From Yuukianura sp. NJ FZ-2021 (taxonomy: Eukaryota), in contig CM102286.1 in assembly GCA_046563655.1 (NCBI GenBank), positions 6,262,001 to 6,326,000 on the forward strand: a stretch of 64,000 nucleotides of DNA, in the 5' to 3' direction. The notes under the pieces were generated by a model. The model ran no database searches. It saw only the letters and a list, made by a program, of their open reading frames with translations, and was not told the DNA's origin. A program made the position numbers and the translations under genes. This document shows, piece after piece, positions 12,001-22,728 of this stretch (positions within the stretch are counted from its first letter, which is position 1; every line of letters starts with the position of its first letter).

Positions 12001-15000
12001 AGCAAAATTTTCATAAGCAAACCGAAGAATCTGAATCGCACGACGAAGAACAGAGCGACGAGGAACCTGCGTCTTCAAGCACTGAGAGTGTTGACTCGGA
12101 CGAAGAAGTGTCAGAGGCCGAATCTGCGCCAGATAATCCGGAATTGACACGTGAAAGCATTGAACTTCTGCAGCATTTACTTGCAAATGCGAAGAACGGA
12201 GTGCAAAAAGTGACAAAGGATATACTGGTTAACATAATAGAGGGTGCCGATCCTTAGAAGTTAAAACCAAGCAGCTTTATTGGAATTCAAAGCCCTGGCT
12301 TCCACTAGTAAGTTAAAAACAAACGTATCGTACGACCTAATCTGTTCAAATGTGTAATTCTTGCATGACTTAATTTTCTCACACAAGGTGGTAGCATCTC
12401 TTACATTATTATACACAATCCTACACAAGACATCATTTCAAATTTTTTGGATCGGGCGTGAAGTACGCACGAGATGAGAGATTCCAATTCTCGTAACTCG
12501 TAAAACCCGTGCCAACTTGAGATGCTGAAAACAAGTTCAATTACAGCAAACGGACTCAACCTATCCGCGGACCCGAAACAGGATTTTCACGTTTTTCGCA
12601 ATATATTCAAGCGATATGAACAGAAACTTTTTTTTAATTTCTTAGATGAAAAGTAACATTATCGTTCTGAGGTTCTGTTAACATGAAATATCTCTAGTTT
12701 TTGAAAATATTTAAAAAATTTAAGCTGCTCTATAATAATTTACTACTTTCTGTCTACTAATTTCACAGGGAGCCTCTAATTCTTAATATTCTTTCCGATG
12801 CATGAAATAAAGGAGCCAGAAATTTGTTATTCAATTTATGAACGTATATTTTTTTTTCCCCGCAATACTAACTGCAAAATCAAAAGCATGCGAGATTCTG
12901 ATTCTCTACAAGTGACATTTCTATCTACCGCCAAAATTTTCCATAACAGAACAGAGGGACGATCTTTCGAAGTGAGATTCGCTGGTCACAAATGATGCAA
13001 CTAAACTGACCTTCCCTCCCATTCTCCAAAACACAAATCTTAGCAAAATGCCTTTAAAAAATATTCCTTAATGTTTGAACCCTTTCAAACCATGTTCCCT
13101 GGAAATTCATTTATAAATTACAATCAAGTTAGTTACACAATATACTTAAGGAAAACTTATCATCAAAATATTTTTGAACTTTAGAAAATCCTTCTTTCTT
13201 TAAATTCGATTCTGGTTTCGGAGTAATTTGATTTGCAAAATGCCGAAAGCTAAAAGTTCAGCTGAAAAGCAAATGATTGTCAACCTTAGTCATGATTCTA
13301 AGCTTACATAGCACGGACGAAACATAATAAAATTAGCCGAAACGTTTGTTCACAATCCTATTAATCCGATTATAATTCAACTAGGTAAAGACAGTTCGGA
13401 CTCGAATAGCGACAGCGCTAGCTCTTCAGATTCAGAACTAGAGTAAACTTATGCCCTCTCAATTTCGATTTGAAATACTTTTACGAAATACGAATAGAAA
13501 TACCAAATAGAAATACGGATAGAAATAAATGTACACGTACTGGTTGAATTTCTGGATACATGTGGATCTGTTTGAATCACTTCAACCTAAGCAGTTTCTA
13601 AGAGCGACACCCAAAAAATTACAATCAACAACTGCACAGTAAAAAAAATGAACAGTAGTTACGCAATATTTCCAATTCCGGAACATTCATACTGCATGCA
13701 AGAAAGCGCTGTGTGAACCGTCCCTACATTGAGATGAAAGCGGTTTTTGTTCAGTTTTGGAATTGCTTCAAAAAGTTTGTTTGAAGAATACGTAATTTTT
13801 AGGTTAGGTTAGGAAGAAAAGAAAGAAACAAAAACTGGCTTGACAAAAAAATTGACCGTCTGAGAAACATTTACCAAAATTTACCACCGCCTTGGTTTTG
13901 ATCAACAACTATGAGACGATTCATTGAAAGTATGTCCATCGATTCCTTATGAATGCCGAACCTTGACCCGAAACCCCCAATAAATAACGATGTATTGGTC
14001 AGACAGAGCGCGGATGGCTCTTGTAAGACACACGTGACGTGGTCTAAGTTGGCGCCATCGTCGCCACGCAGCCTTGCTCTGACGTCGGTCATGTACGGCT
14101 CCTCTAGGGTCGTATCTTGACTCCAAAAGTAGTTTTCCACAGCATCGAGCTTTACTGGGCAAATTTCGCTACAAAATACATTGCACCTCAGAAATAGACC
14201 ACTAAAAGAATAAAAGAAAGCTCAATCTCTGCACCTACGTTACCTTTCCAATGCAGAAAAATACCGCCGCATTCTTAAAACTCTACCATTCCTGGCCTTC
14301 CGTAACACATCAGGAAAGTACCAATACATGTACCAAATCCCAGTCGAGTGAGACACACCACAATCCGATGCCCATAACATTCAAAGTGAACCTTTACCCT
14401 TCACGATGAACTCCGAACTCCTTTTTTTTCTAGAAAGAACTTCCGCTAGGGTTAGTTACAGTGTTGTTTTTTAAACCACAGTTTTTTCAACTTGGTTTCA
14501 TTTACAACAAAATAAAAACATCAGGTTCTCTAATCATTTACTCTAAGAAACTTAAAAAAAGGATCGTATCCCCCCTAACAAAATTACAGTGAAACAATCC
14601 AACTCCATCAACAAAAGCTTTTTTTTCAAATCTTTTTTCCAGGAACAAGTCCTGTTGGATCCAAACAGTAAAAACGAGCCCCCCCCCCTCCATTCACACC
14701 AAAGAACCACACCAAGTAAAAAAAACTAAAACCGAACGCATTGACCACCATATCAGACTGTTTGAATTTATTTCAATCCAAACAGCCAAAGAACAGAACC
14801 TTCACAACCCCGCCATCCACTCCACCGTTTTGCCCAGCCAAGCCTAAATGACAGATCTGAATTAAGCTACAAAAGGTGGATCTAATCATAAATGAAAATC
14901 AGGGGAGATGATACCCCCCCCCCCAAAAAAAACAAGACAGTTGTGCTGGAGAAAGTACAGCCCAGAACCATCAGAACCCACTGAAACCAAAAAGCCCAAC

Positions 15001-18000
15001 GACCAGCAACAAACCGCCACTGCCCTAACATGACACAACACCCAAGATGGCCGACCCCTCCATCTTGTCCAACACCCACCCACCATCTTGCCCAACATCC
15101 CCATCACGGCCATCTTGCCATGACACCACCCACATCCAAGATGGCGGTGGCGTACAACGCCTTTCCATACTAACTAAGGCCCCAGTAGTAAGTGCACAGC
15201 GACATTTTTCCTCTCCATAAATGTTACCCCAAGGGGTATACCTTCCCCAGCGGACACATACAGCCCTGAAATCACCTAAGAAGCAGCAGTGCACATCTTC
15301 CGCAAAAGGAAATTCCTCTCTCCACCTTCACCAGAGGAATGCTGTAGAATTGAATCATGCTTTAATCCTAAAACCATACCAAGATAATCCTAACCTAAAA
15401 ATCCAATTCTAAACCTTTTTAGAAAGGAGAGCAAGTGAAAAGAAGCACTTTCAGAATAGAGCCAGATTAGACAGTCACTTTGGGAGACTTAAAAATGTCT
15501 CACAGGGATCAGTCATGACCTTTCCCATACATTCTACTTTATCCTCCCTCAAAACAATTACCATTACCGTCACCATTTCTATCCTCAAATTATGAGGCCC
15601 AAGAACCAACTACGACCTTCAAAAATCAATACCGTGCAGTCCAACACCTCAATTTCGAAAAACGTTAAAAAAGAACCGACAAATATCGTCGTAAAGATAT
15701 AGAAAACCGCAAATTTTTTTAAACTTCTTTCAAATTCAGCAAATTCTGGGAATCAATAATTTTACAAATTTTTCGACTTAATTTTTTTTTCCTTTAACAG
15801 AGGCAAAGTGGTGAGCTTTCTCGTGAATTTTTTTTAACGAAAACTAACTACATACAGCAGTCGTACAACAAAATATAAAATAAACGCATTTGTTTTTAAA
15901 AATTGGAAGTAGGTTCGAAAAATTAACTACGTGGAAATTTTTAAGTGAGAGTAATTTACTTTTTTTTAAATGTTGTTTTTCCTGCACTGGGTGAAAGCAC
16001 AAATCATGCAAGTTCATGCCAAGTCGACTCGACTCGTAAAAACGCATAGTCGAACTCGAAATTATTCAGTAAAACCGTATTTCTAATTAAATTGAATACT
16101 AATAAAATTTAATTCAGATTTCCATAAGTCATATCGTTCGAAACAGAACTCAAATCCTTCGTCACTTCCTGCTTCAAAATCATAAACTTTTATTATCCTC
16201 AAGTGCATCTTTCAATTAAAAAATCAGATGCATCAACCCATTCATCTTCCCGCAACAAAAGTAGTGCCGGATTAACAAAGAATAGGTTAATTAGTACTAA
16301 ATAAATTATTATATAAAAATCCCATTCATCAATCCACACCCTTCAACCGTCAACCATTGAAGTGGACTGTGGACATTTAAAAACCCATGCTGACCCACTG
16401 CACACTGCACTCCATCTTAACTTATCCCCTCCACCACTTCATCTCTCCATCTTTCTCAAAATCCAAGTACCAGTCAACATGGATTCAGCGTCTGCGCTCC
16501 AACTTCAAACTTTTCATCTCTCACAAAGTACAACACTGAAATAAATGAGCCCATTGTTAACTCACTCTCCATGTACATCCACTGCCAGCACTCCAAGCAC
16601 AAGGCCTAATTACACGCAAGTGTCTGGACACACAACCAACTATAAATTTCAACTTACTTCTTATCCAAACCAAAATGGCACAAAATTAGACAGGGACGAA
16701 GTGCTTGGCAGTTAACCTAGCAGCACAACAACTCAAATTATTCAACGAATACTCCCAGCGCAATTCATTATACTAGACGGAACCCGTAATGCTTACGCAT
16801 CACGAAATAATTTGAAGCACTTTGACATGAAGGAAGGATGATTTGGAACATTTTGTCAAAAATCCGCTAGCTTTTTCGTTGACCCGAGTATGACCTAGTG
16901 CTTCAAGTTATTTGGTGATGCGTAAGCATCACGGGTTCCGTCTAGTTGAATCGAAAATGTTATTGTCGAGGCTGGGGGGGCAAGCCCCCCCAGACCCCCC
17001 CCCCCATCTTCCTTCTGACTTGAGTTGAGATTGAGATGGAATTTTTGGAAGTCTTTGCTTGGAGGAGTAAATGTAAAAGGGACACCTCAGGATCGTTCCA
17101 CTCTTCCAAGCAGAGAGTTTTCTCTACCTATAGTTTGCATTAGCATGGGATTTCACGTTGTGACGGAGCAACGCTCGTCAATTAGAGTATGATTCCTTCC
17201 CACTCCCAACAGTCGACCATTATTTTTATGTCCACACAACTTTCACCCAAACTTGTTCCAAAATTTCCTAAAACTAAAACTGGACTCAAATTAATAAAAA
17301 TTTCATTCGGAATCGGATTCTTCCCCTCTTCCTTCCTCCAGTTTACTTTGCGTGCTTCCCAGTTTTTACTTTAGTTCACCAAAAGCTCACCGGAAGTAGC
17401 TCACTTTTTTTAAGACTCCCACCAACCATTGTCTTTCAAGTTTCAGCATTCAATTCAAGTTTTTTAGCTAAAAGGAAAGGGGAGTTCCCTCTTTGATTCA
17501 AAATTGTTAGCCTGAGTGCTCATCCTTCACTGTTAATTCCCAACCAAAGAACAATCTCCTGTCTTCATCAACTTCGCAATTAGACCTCATTTAAAATTAA
17601 AACCTCAACAACATTTTGATGATGGCGGCAAAAAACAAAACCAGTTCAAAAGTACAAAAAATCACTAAAAACAAAAAACTTTTCCCAAGTTTAACGTTAA
17701 GTATCACACTAATCACCCTGCACAAAGTATTCCCTACGCCTAGCTTAGCAGTTTAGACAGAAATTACTCTCATCTCATCACTGTCGCCTCTCACTCCGTT
17801 GATGGCTTCAAGTGTGACACTTGATACAACACCCACGGAAAAACATAAGACACAAAAAAATTGTCACTTTAGTTACAAGTTCAGCAGCATCAGCATCGGA
17901 AAGAGATGCCGAGAAAACCAGGAGAGACTGTTAAAAACTTTTTTTTTCAAGAGGAGAATGTTATCCATCTAAGGCTCTCAGCACGGCAGGATGCACAAAA

Positions 18001-21000
18001 CCAAAAACGAAACAAGGAAAAAACTTTTTTTTTATTTTGAAAATACTCCCTCTTCAACTGTCGTCGTAAGAAACAATGGAAGAAGACTTTTTCCATCTGC
18101 CTTAACGACTTCAAACAAACCACACACACTATCCCTTACTAACGCTACGCACCAAAAAATAAAATTGAAAATATAGAATTTCCATTTCCTCCGCACAGTT
18201 AGTTGACACGAAAAATGGTTTTTGGACAACACCACATGGATTTTTTCCCTGGAAAACGAAAACCATAGTTTAAATCTAAAAAAAAAATCTAAATCTACCC
18301 AAAAACTGTCATCTCCTTCCCAAGTCATTTTCAAATCTCCTGTCAACCATTAGGAATTTTTGCATTTAGGTATTCCCGCTTTCCCGTTTCCAGTGAAGCG
18401 TCGTTGATGAGCATAATAACCTGCCTCAAGGGTTTCTCAAAATCTCAAAATCTGAAATCCTATACTATTCATAATACCATTCAAAATCTGCCCAAAAAAG
18501 TATAATACCTAGTCAAACATCTTCTGAAACTTCTGAAAACTGAAACTGACAACTTCGAAACATCCGAGTAACGAACAAGGAAAGAAAAGTTGTTTATTAT
18601 ATTCGAGCCAAGAATACAAGAATAACGACTCTTCCCTCCAAAATTCCACTTTCTCCTGTTTATAACGAGAATATCACTTTCCGACTTTCCTTTACAAAAG
18701 TTCAGCTCCTCTCGGTTTATGCTTTAAGTTAACCTAACTTTCCCTAACCTAAAAAGCGCGGGAAAAACTAAGAATTAGAAATTCAAACTTTTCTCCATTT
18801 CGTCCTCCTTCTTGAATATGAATTCAATAAAACCAGAAACTTTCCCACGACCTTACAGTGAAAGTGGCTTTCTCATCCCCGTATAATGAATCTCAAAATC
18901 TCAACTTTGAGATTCCTTATGAACAGATCAAGGAAATTTTCTTTTCTGAAATTTCCTCCTTTCCCTCCAAAATTTATTACCAAACTTCCATTTTCTATTC
19001 AGATTTCCTCCTAAACCATCAAAAGAAACGACCTCCTCCCATTACACTTCCGTACTAAAGGATAAGGCTCAGAAATGGAGGAGAAAGTGCCAATTCTAAT
19101 CCAAAGGCTAAGGGAAAGAAGCTTTCACTTTCGTATATTTTCTAAGCAAGCAAAAAAAAGTGCAACTTACCTCGGGTGTTGCAGTAGCATCTCCATTTTT
19201 ATGTTTGTCTTCTTTCACTTTCTTCTCCTTACGCAGGAAACTGATGCTTCGGAATGAAAATTTCTTTTGAACTTTCTTTTTGCCGCTGCTTTCTCCCTCC
19301 TTGCTCGGCGTCTTCGTCTCCTCAGCCGTCATATTTAAAACTTCCTTGGCGATCTCTTTAGCCTCATTTGAACCTTCTTCTTTAAGAGCCTCTTTGGCTT
19401 CTTTCACAATCTCCTTCACCTCTTCCTTGGCAACCTATGTAAGAACAAGAACAATCTCATTAGCAGGTTAGTTTTACATGCACAAAATATTCAAAAGCCT
19501 AGCCTAACGGTTAGCGTACAACCTACCCTGATTCACAAACCCAACTTAGCCTTATGCAGCAACTCATGCTTACTTATCGTTAGTTCCTTTAATTACTCAG
19601 ATCTCAAAGCGGAAACTCGTTTCGTTCATCAGAAAAAAAAATCTTCCTTCTTTGTTTTTTCTTACTAAAATTATTTCCACCAAAAAAACCAAATTCCGTT
19701 TCGCTTGCTCATTTCAACTTCAACCAAATAAAAACGTAAAAAACGGGGGAAAAAAAGTAAAACAATAGAAACCAAAAATAGTTTTCGGGGTTTGAATTCC
19801 ACAGTTCCAAAACTTAAATCCAGCTCCAGTGTAACTTACTTCTCAAAAAAGAGAACTTCTTCAATAAACAACGAAAACGGAACACAGGGGGCAGTTTCAG
19901 AAACTCATTCTCCACCAAGAGAAAACTTTTTGAAACGGAAGGAAACCCGCTTTTTGAAAACTTTCAAAATAAGCTTCTGCACTCCTTGCGTTCCTCATAA
20001 AAGTGAAACTTAATTGACAATTAAGTAAGACTGGGAGAAAGTAAAAGTAAAGGACCGCCTACTGGTAAAACTGCTTTCCACTAAAGTGTAAAATGCTTAA
20101 CAAAGCAAAAGCAAACAGCCTATGCTTAACAAAGCAAAAGCAAAACCCCTTTTGCTTTTACTTTCAAGTCCAATAGAAACTTAATAATAATAAAACTTAG
20201 TCAATATCCATTTCCTTAAGGTTCCTGTCCAAATTGAACTCAACATCTCTCCCAATAATTTGATTTCTAAAAGGAAACCAACAGGAAACTAGCACTGTTG
20301 AATCAAGTATCTTCTAAATAAACATAAAATACAATCATCCTATTATCTTTATCCCCAGCAGCCCTTAACTTAAGTGACTAAAAATAAGTTTAGTATTAGG
20401 TTAGGTGGGAATTCATCGGGAGAAAGGCTTCAACAATGCACTTGAACTTGCACACCCACTTGAACATATTTGGAAAGTTACTTTTGTGCTGTGCTGAATA
20501 GCAATTAAGTCCGTGTTAGTCGGAAATAATATTATTAGCCCTTCAAAATCATTCACGCATTACTCATTTCCTTCTCAAGGACCCCCTGCTCCGTATAATT
20601 CCATGAATCACTTTCAATATCATTTGAATTACAAACACAATTTTTTGGGCGGGACAAATTGAAAAAGGGCAAGCACTAGCAGAGCACAGCAAACAGTAGC
20701 AGCCTGGAAATTGAAACAGCATTTTCCTGCTACTGCACATTACTAATGCTTATTTAAACATTCACAATTCAAATCTTTTTTCGCTTCCACAAGAATGAGC
20801 ACAATTCGAAAAATGAAAAAAAAATCTGTGAAAAGTGAAAGTCTGCTCCTCTGCTCCAACTCAAGGGAAAAAAAGTTGAAATTTTTAAAAACTGTTTCCT
20901 CCGGTTTTGATATTTCTTGGTTCCAAATTTGAAAGTTTATTTTGTTTGCACGCACAAACTTCAAAAACAGCATGATTACTTCAAAATTTCAACAACTTTT

Positions 21001-22219
21001 TTTTACTTTCAGTTAAAAATAAAATGTTTTCAGTTTCCTTTTAAGGACATGTCGGGGGTCCTACATTTCTTTTTTTGGGGAAAAATCCATTCGTGTCTAA
21101 CCATGAATAATAATTTCTCCCCTCCCTCTCTTTTAGTTGAATTCCAAAAAAGAGAAAACTAATAGATTTCATTTCAGGAAGAACTACATTGCAAAATGTG
21201 TTTTCCAACAGAGACAGGAATGGGGGGAAAGTTTGAAAACAGCAAAGCACACACTAACTAACTACTACACAGGAAGTTCTCATGAGTCACCATGCCTGCA
21301 AAAATATTTTATGGACGGCAGACGCATAACTTCTGCCGAATTTCACCCGCTCCTTTCTCCCCCTCCACTTCACGTTCAAAGACATCGCAAACTCCCGGGG
21401 TTTTTTCATGCTCCCATTGCATTAAGGGACCTTCAAGGACTTCGATAAGCTAAAATTCATTAGTTCATTCTGCACTTTTCTGCATTCCGGTTCGCATGTC
21501 ACGTTCCGTCCACTCCCAGCGTTCAATCTACCCTGAATTCCATTAAAACCAAAAATACTCTACATCTTTCCCGACGCGGCTGCAAAAGAAACCGGGAGTT
21601 TTCAAAAAATATATTTTTAAAATCGCATTGATTTGTTCCAGTCTAGACTCAAAACCGCGAACACTGTAACTTTTAAGTGAGAAATTCATCCTCCTCTAAG
21701 AAATTCAATACCAGGTCATAAAGTTTACCACACTCCGAACCTTCCCAACAATTTCCCGCTTCTTTTAGCCCTTAAAGCCTCATTCCGTCCTTCCCCAAGG
21801 ATCCAAAACGAAGTGTGCCATCAACTCATTACTTTCCCAGAAATGAACTCCGAGTTGCAGTCGATGACGATGGAGGGGAGAGAAAGTTTTACGAGCCAAT
21901 ATAAAAATATCTTCGGCTCTCCCCGCCCTGATATAATGAATCAACGCGCATAAAAGTTCAGAGGGAGTGAGACACACCAACTTGATGAGCAAAATCTTCC
22001 CGAATCTTTACAAAAGCCACAAAAATTAGTCGAAAAAAAATGACTTACCTCAATCACTTGGTTCACTGTGTTGTTCGCCTCTTTGATGATCTCGTCCTTT
22101 GCTGCTGGAGCATCACCGTTGACATGGTTCTCTGGTGCCTCAGCAGCGTCAACCGGAAGAGCTTCCTTCTTCGGGCTGCCCGTTGTGATGTTGGCGGATT
22201 TACTCGTCTTTGCACCCAT
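36..22219 (-). CDS. Akap200: A-kinase anchor protein 200-like / MARCKS-like scaffold; partial, continues beyond the left edge. Coding exons 22049-22219, 19171-19434, 36-260 (all phase 0).
   Basis: N-terminus MGAKTSKS fits the myristoylation consensus (G2, S6). Basic effector segment KKKVQKKFSFRSISFLRKEKK resembles the Drosophila Akap200 polybasic domain. The rest is acidic and E/A/P-rich. Canonical minus-strand splice sites (GAG|GTAAGT, CATAG|GTT, TGCAG|AAG, AAG|GTATT) keep the frame. The ATG exon has an acceptor at 22452-22453. Confidence 0.8.
2456..2598 (-). CDS. Candidate alternative exon of the Akap200-like gene with its own ATG (2506), encoding MNFVRGLLNTLGLGGSK in frame with exon 36-260
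   Basis: Strong acceptor (CTTTCTCTTTAGTCTTCCAG|), strong donor (AAG|GTAAGC), ATG with A at -3, 17 codons ending in phase 0. Confidence 0.45.
5268..5388. mobile_element. Short MITE-like remnant with CCGTA-type (pogo-like) imperfect TIRs
   Basis: TACCGTAAATTTCCAAAT at the left versus the reverse complement of ATTCGGAAAATCTACGGT at the right. Same CCGTA terminus as the pogo at 27160. Confidence 0.35.
7747..9775 (+). repeat. Left terminal inverted repeat (2029 bp)
   Basis: Matches the reverse complement of 13144-15175 with roughly a dozen substitutions or homopolymer-length differences seen by eye. Mirrored ORFs appear in the ORF track (8778-9047+ and 13871-14140-). Confidence 0.95.
8538..10443 (+). 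pseudogene. KDM4-like JmjC histone demethylase gene, intron-containing and partly degraded (segments 8538-8674, 8750-9043, ~10163-10230, 10235-10443)
   Basis: Translation VENYFWSQNTTLEEPYMTDVRARL...NTSLFIGGFGSRFGIHKESMDILSMNRL...GKFW aligns by eye with KDM4 LERKYWKN...PIYGADV...[29 protein letters not shown]...PKSW. Downstream LLHKSFF...QELGDIIVTRGYHQAFNVSENVAAAVCFANENWIQRG matches KDM4 LRHK...[37 protein letters not shown]. 75-nt GT-AG intron at 8675-8749 preserves the frame. In-frame TAA at 10405-10407; the middle segment is in a different frame. Confidence 0.8.
9473..9679 (-). pseudogene. Small ORF (69 codons including the terminal stop, one internal TAG) with a Ser/acidic C-terminus, left TIR copy
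   Basis: CAAAATG start, MPKAKSSAEKQMIVNLSHDSKLT*HGRNIIKLAETFVHNPINPIIIQLGEDSSESDSDSASSSDSELE*. Mirror copy at 13240-13446. Confidence 0.4.
10493..10568 (+). ncRNA. Degenerate tRNA-like sequence (pseudo-tRNA, SINE head or Pol III unit)
   Basis: 76 nt. GGCGGGG pairs imperfectly with TGTCGCC. T-arm CGGG-CTCGAGT-CCCG is B-box-like. TAGAGC-TCCG-GCTCTA hairpin in the D-arm position. CTAACAC resembles a Val(AAC) anticodon loop, but the anticodon stem pairs poorly. Confidence 0.35.
10708..10958 (+). repeat. G-rich imperfect tandem repeat, two ~120-bp units plus the start of a third
   Basis: TTGGCGGCATACGATGG...AAGCGGAGGGAATGGAG.GGAGGTGTGGTGGGATTGAGTTGGAA.TGGAGATG..GTGGAGG occurs twice; TTGGCGGC recurs at ~10951. 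Confidence 0.85.
11844..12257 (+). CDS. Intronless 137-aa protein with one C2H2 zinc finger and an acidic tract, inside the Maverick-like element
   Basis: CSYCPKSFTRKDTLKRHEQNFH fits C-x2-C-x3-F-x5-L-x2-H-x4-H. E/D/S-rich middle and a helical-looking C-terminus. AAAATG start, with TCAGT initiator-like motifs upstream (~11752, ~11804). Confidence 0.7.
   Translation: MFGSGGLVPLNISQAALPLDTEPEERVVKVAAKLHCSYCPKSFTRKDTLKRHEQNFHKQTEESESHDEEQSDEEPASSSTESVDSDEEVSEAESAPDNPELTRESIELLQHLLANAKNGVQKVTKDILVNIIEGADP
13240..13446 (+). pseudogene. Right-TIR copy of the small Ser/acidic ORF (same internal TAG)
   Basis: MPKAKSSAEKQ...LT*HGR...QLGKDSSDSNSDSASSSDSELE*; three amino-acid differences from the left copy. 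Confidence 0.4.
13875..14380 (-). pseudogene. Right-TIR copy of the 5' half of the JmjC gene (exons 14244-14380 and 13875-14168); no C-terminal half
   Basis: Mirror of 8538-9043 with one N-to-D change in the larger exon. No GYH-containing segment was found downstream on the minus strand. Confidence 0.75.
16772..16946. mobile_element. 175-bp element with ~50-bp inverted ends, each resembling a Helitron 3' terminus
   Basis: Both ends read GTGATGCGTAAGCAT(C/T)AC-GGGTTCCGT-CTAG|T outward: a subterminal hairpin about 10 nt before CTAG, followed by T. Confidence 0.5.
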
Positions 22220-22660
22220 GATACTCTGAACTTCTAGATTCCAAAAATGTCAAAAAGAAAACTGGGAAGTTGTCGTCGTTAGTTCAAATTGATCCCACGA
22301 TGAGCTCGTAAGTTGCGTTGATACTGTCGTTTTTGAAGAGTTTACCACCACTGGAGCACTAGGTCTCTCAAACTCAAATTCAAACTGACTGTTTCACACC
22401 CAAGACGATCTGGTGGATCTTCAGCAAAAGACTATGAGTCTTGGTTAAGTTCTGAAACAAAAGAAATAGGTTCTATTAGATCCAACAGTCAACACTCAAT
22501 CATCTCTCAGCTCGTACTTTAACTCAACCAGGCCTAATCAGGCCATTTCATCTCCAACAAACATCTCTTTGTCTCCAATCAACTTCTACCCCCTTCCAAC
22601 TTAGGTCTAACAATAGCTTATTCTCATATCTACGTAGAACCTTATCAAATATTTCTGCGC

Positions 22661-22728
22661 ACTAGTACTGGTACTACCAGTACCAGTGAGAGTCAGCTAG
22701 TCATACTGCCAGTATGACTAGCTGACTC
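22661..22728. repeat. Two adjacent short palindromes/hairpins
   Basis: GAGTCAGCTAGTCATACT-GCC-AGTATGACTAGCTGACTC (perfect 18-bp stem, 22690-22728), preceded by ACTAGTACTGGTA-C-TACCAGTACCAGT. Confidence 0.85.

Larger units (their letters stand above)
7747..15175. mobile_element. Non-autonomous Maverick/Polinton-like element (7429 bp) with ~2-kb TIRs and 6-bp TSD
   Basis: 7747-9775 is the reverse complement of 13144-15175. Termini are AGTTAGTATGG...CCATACTAACT. Direct repeat AAGGCC at 7741-7746 and 15176-15181. No pPolB, integrase, ATPase or capsid ORF is visible in the 3.4-kb interior. Confidence 0.8.
13144..15175 (-). repeat. Right terminal inverted repeat (2032 bp)
   Basis: Reverse complement of 7747-9775; ends in TAACT followed by the AAGGCC TSD. 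Confidence 0.95.

Noticed and set aside
7747..15175. Large inverted repeat as an assembly or chimeric-read artefact
   Set aside because: The arms differ by true substitutions, enclose a unique 3.4-kb interior and are bounded by an exact 6-bp direct repeat. Long-read confirmation is still desirable.
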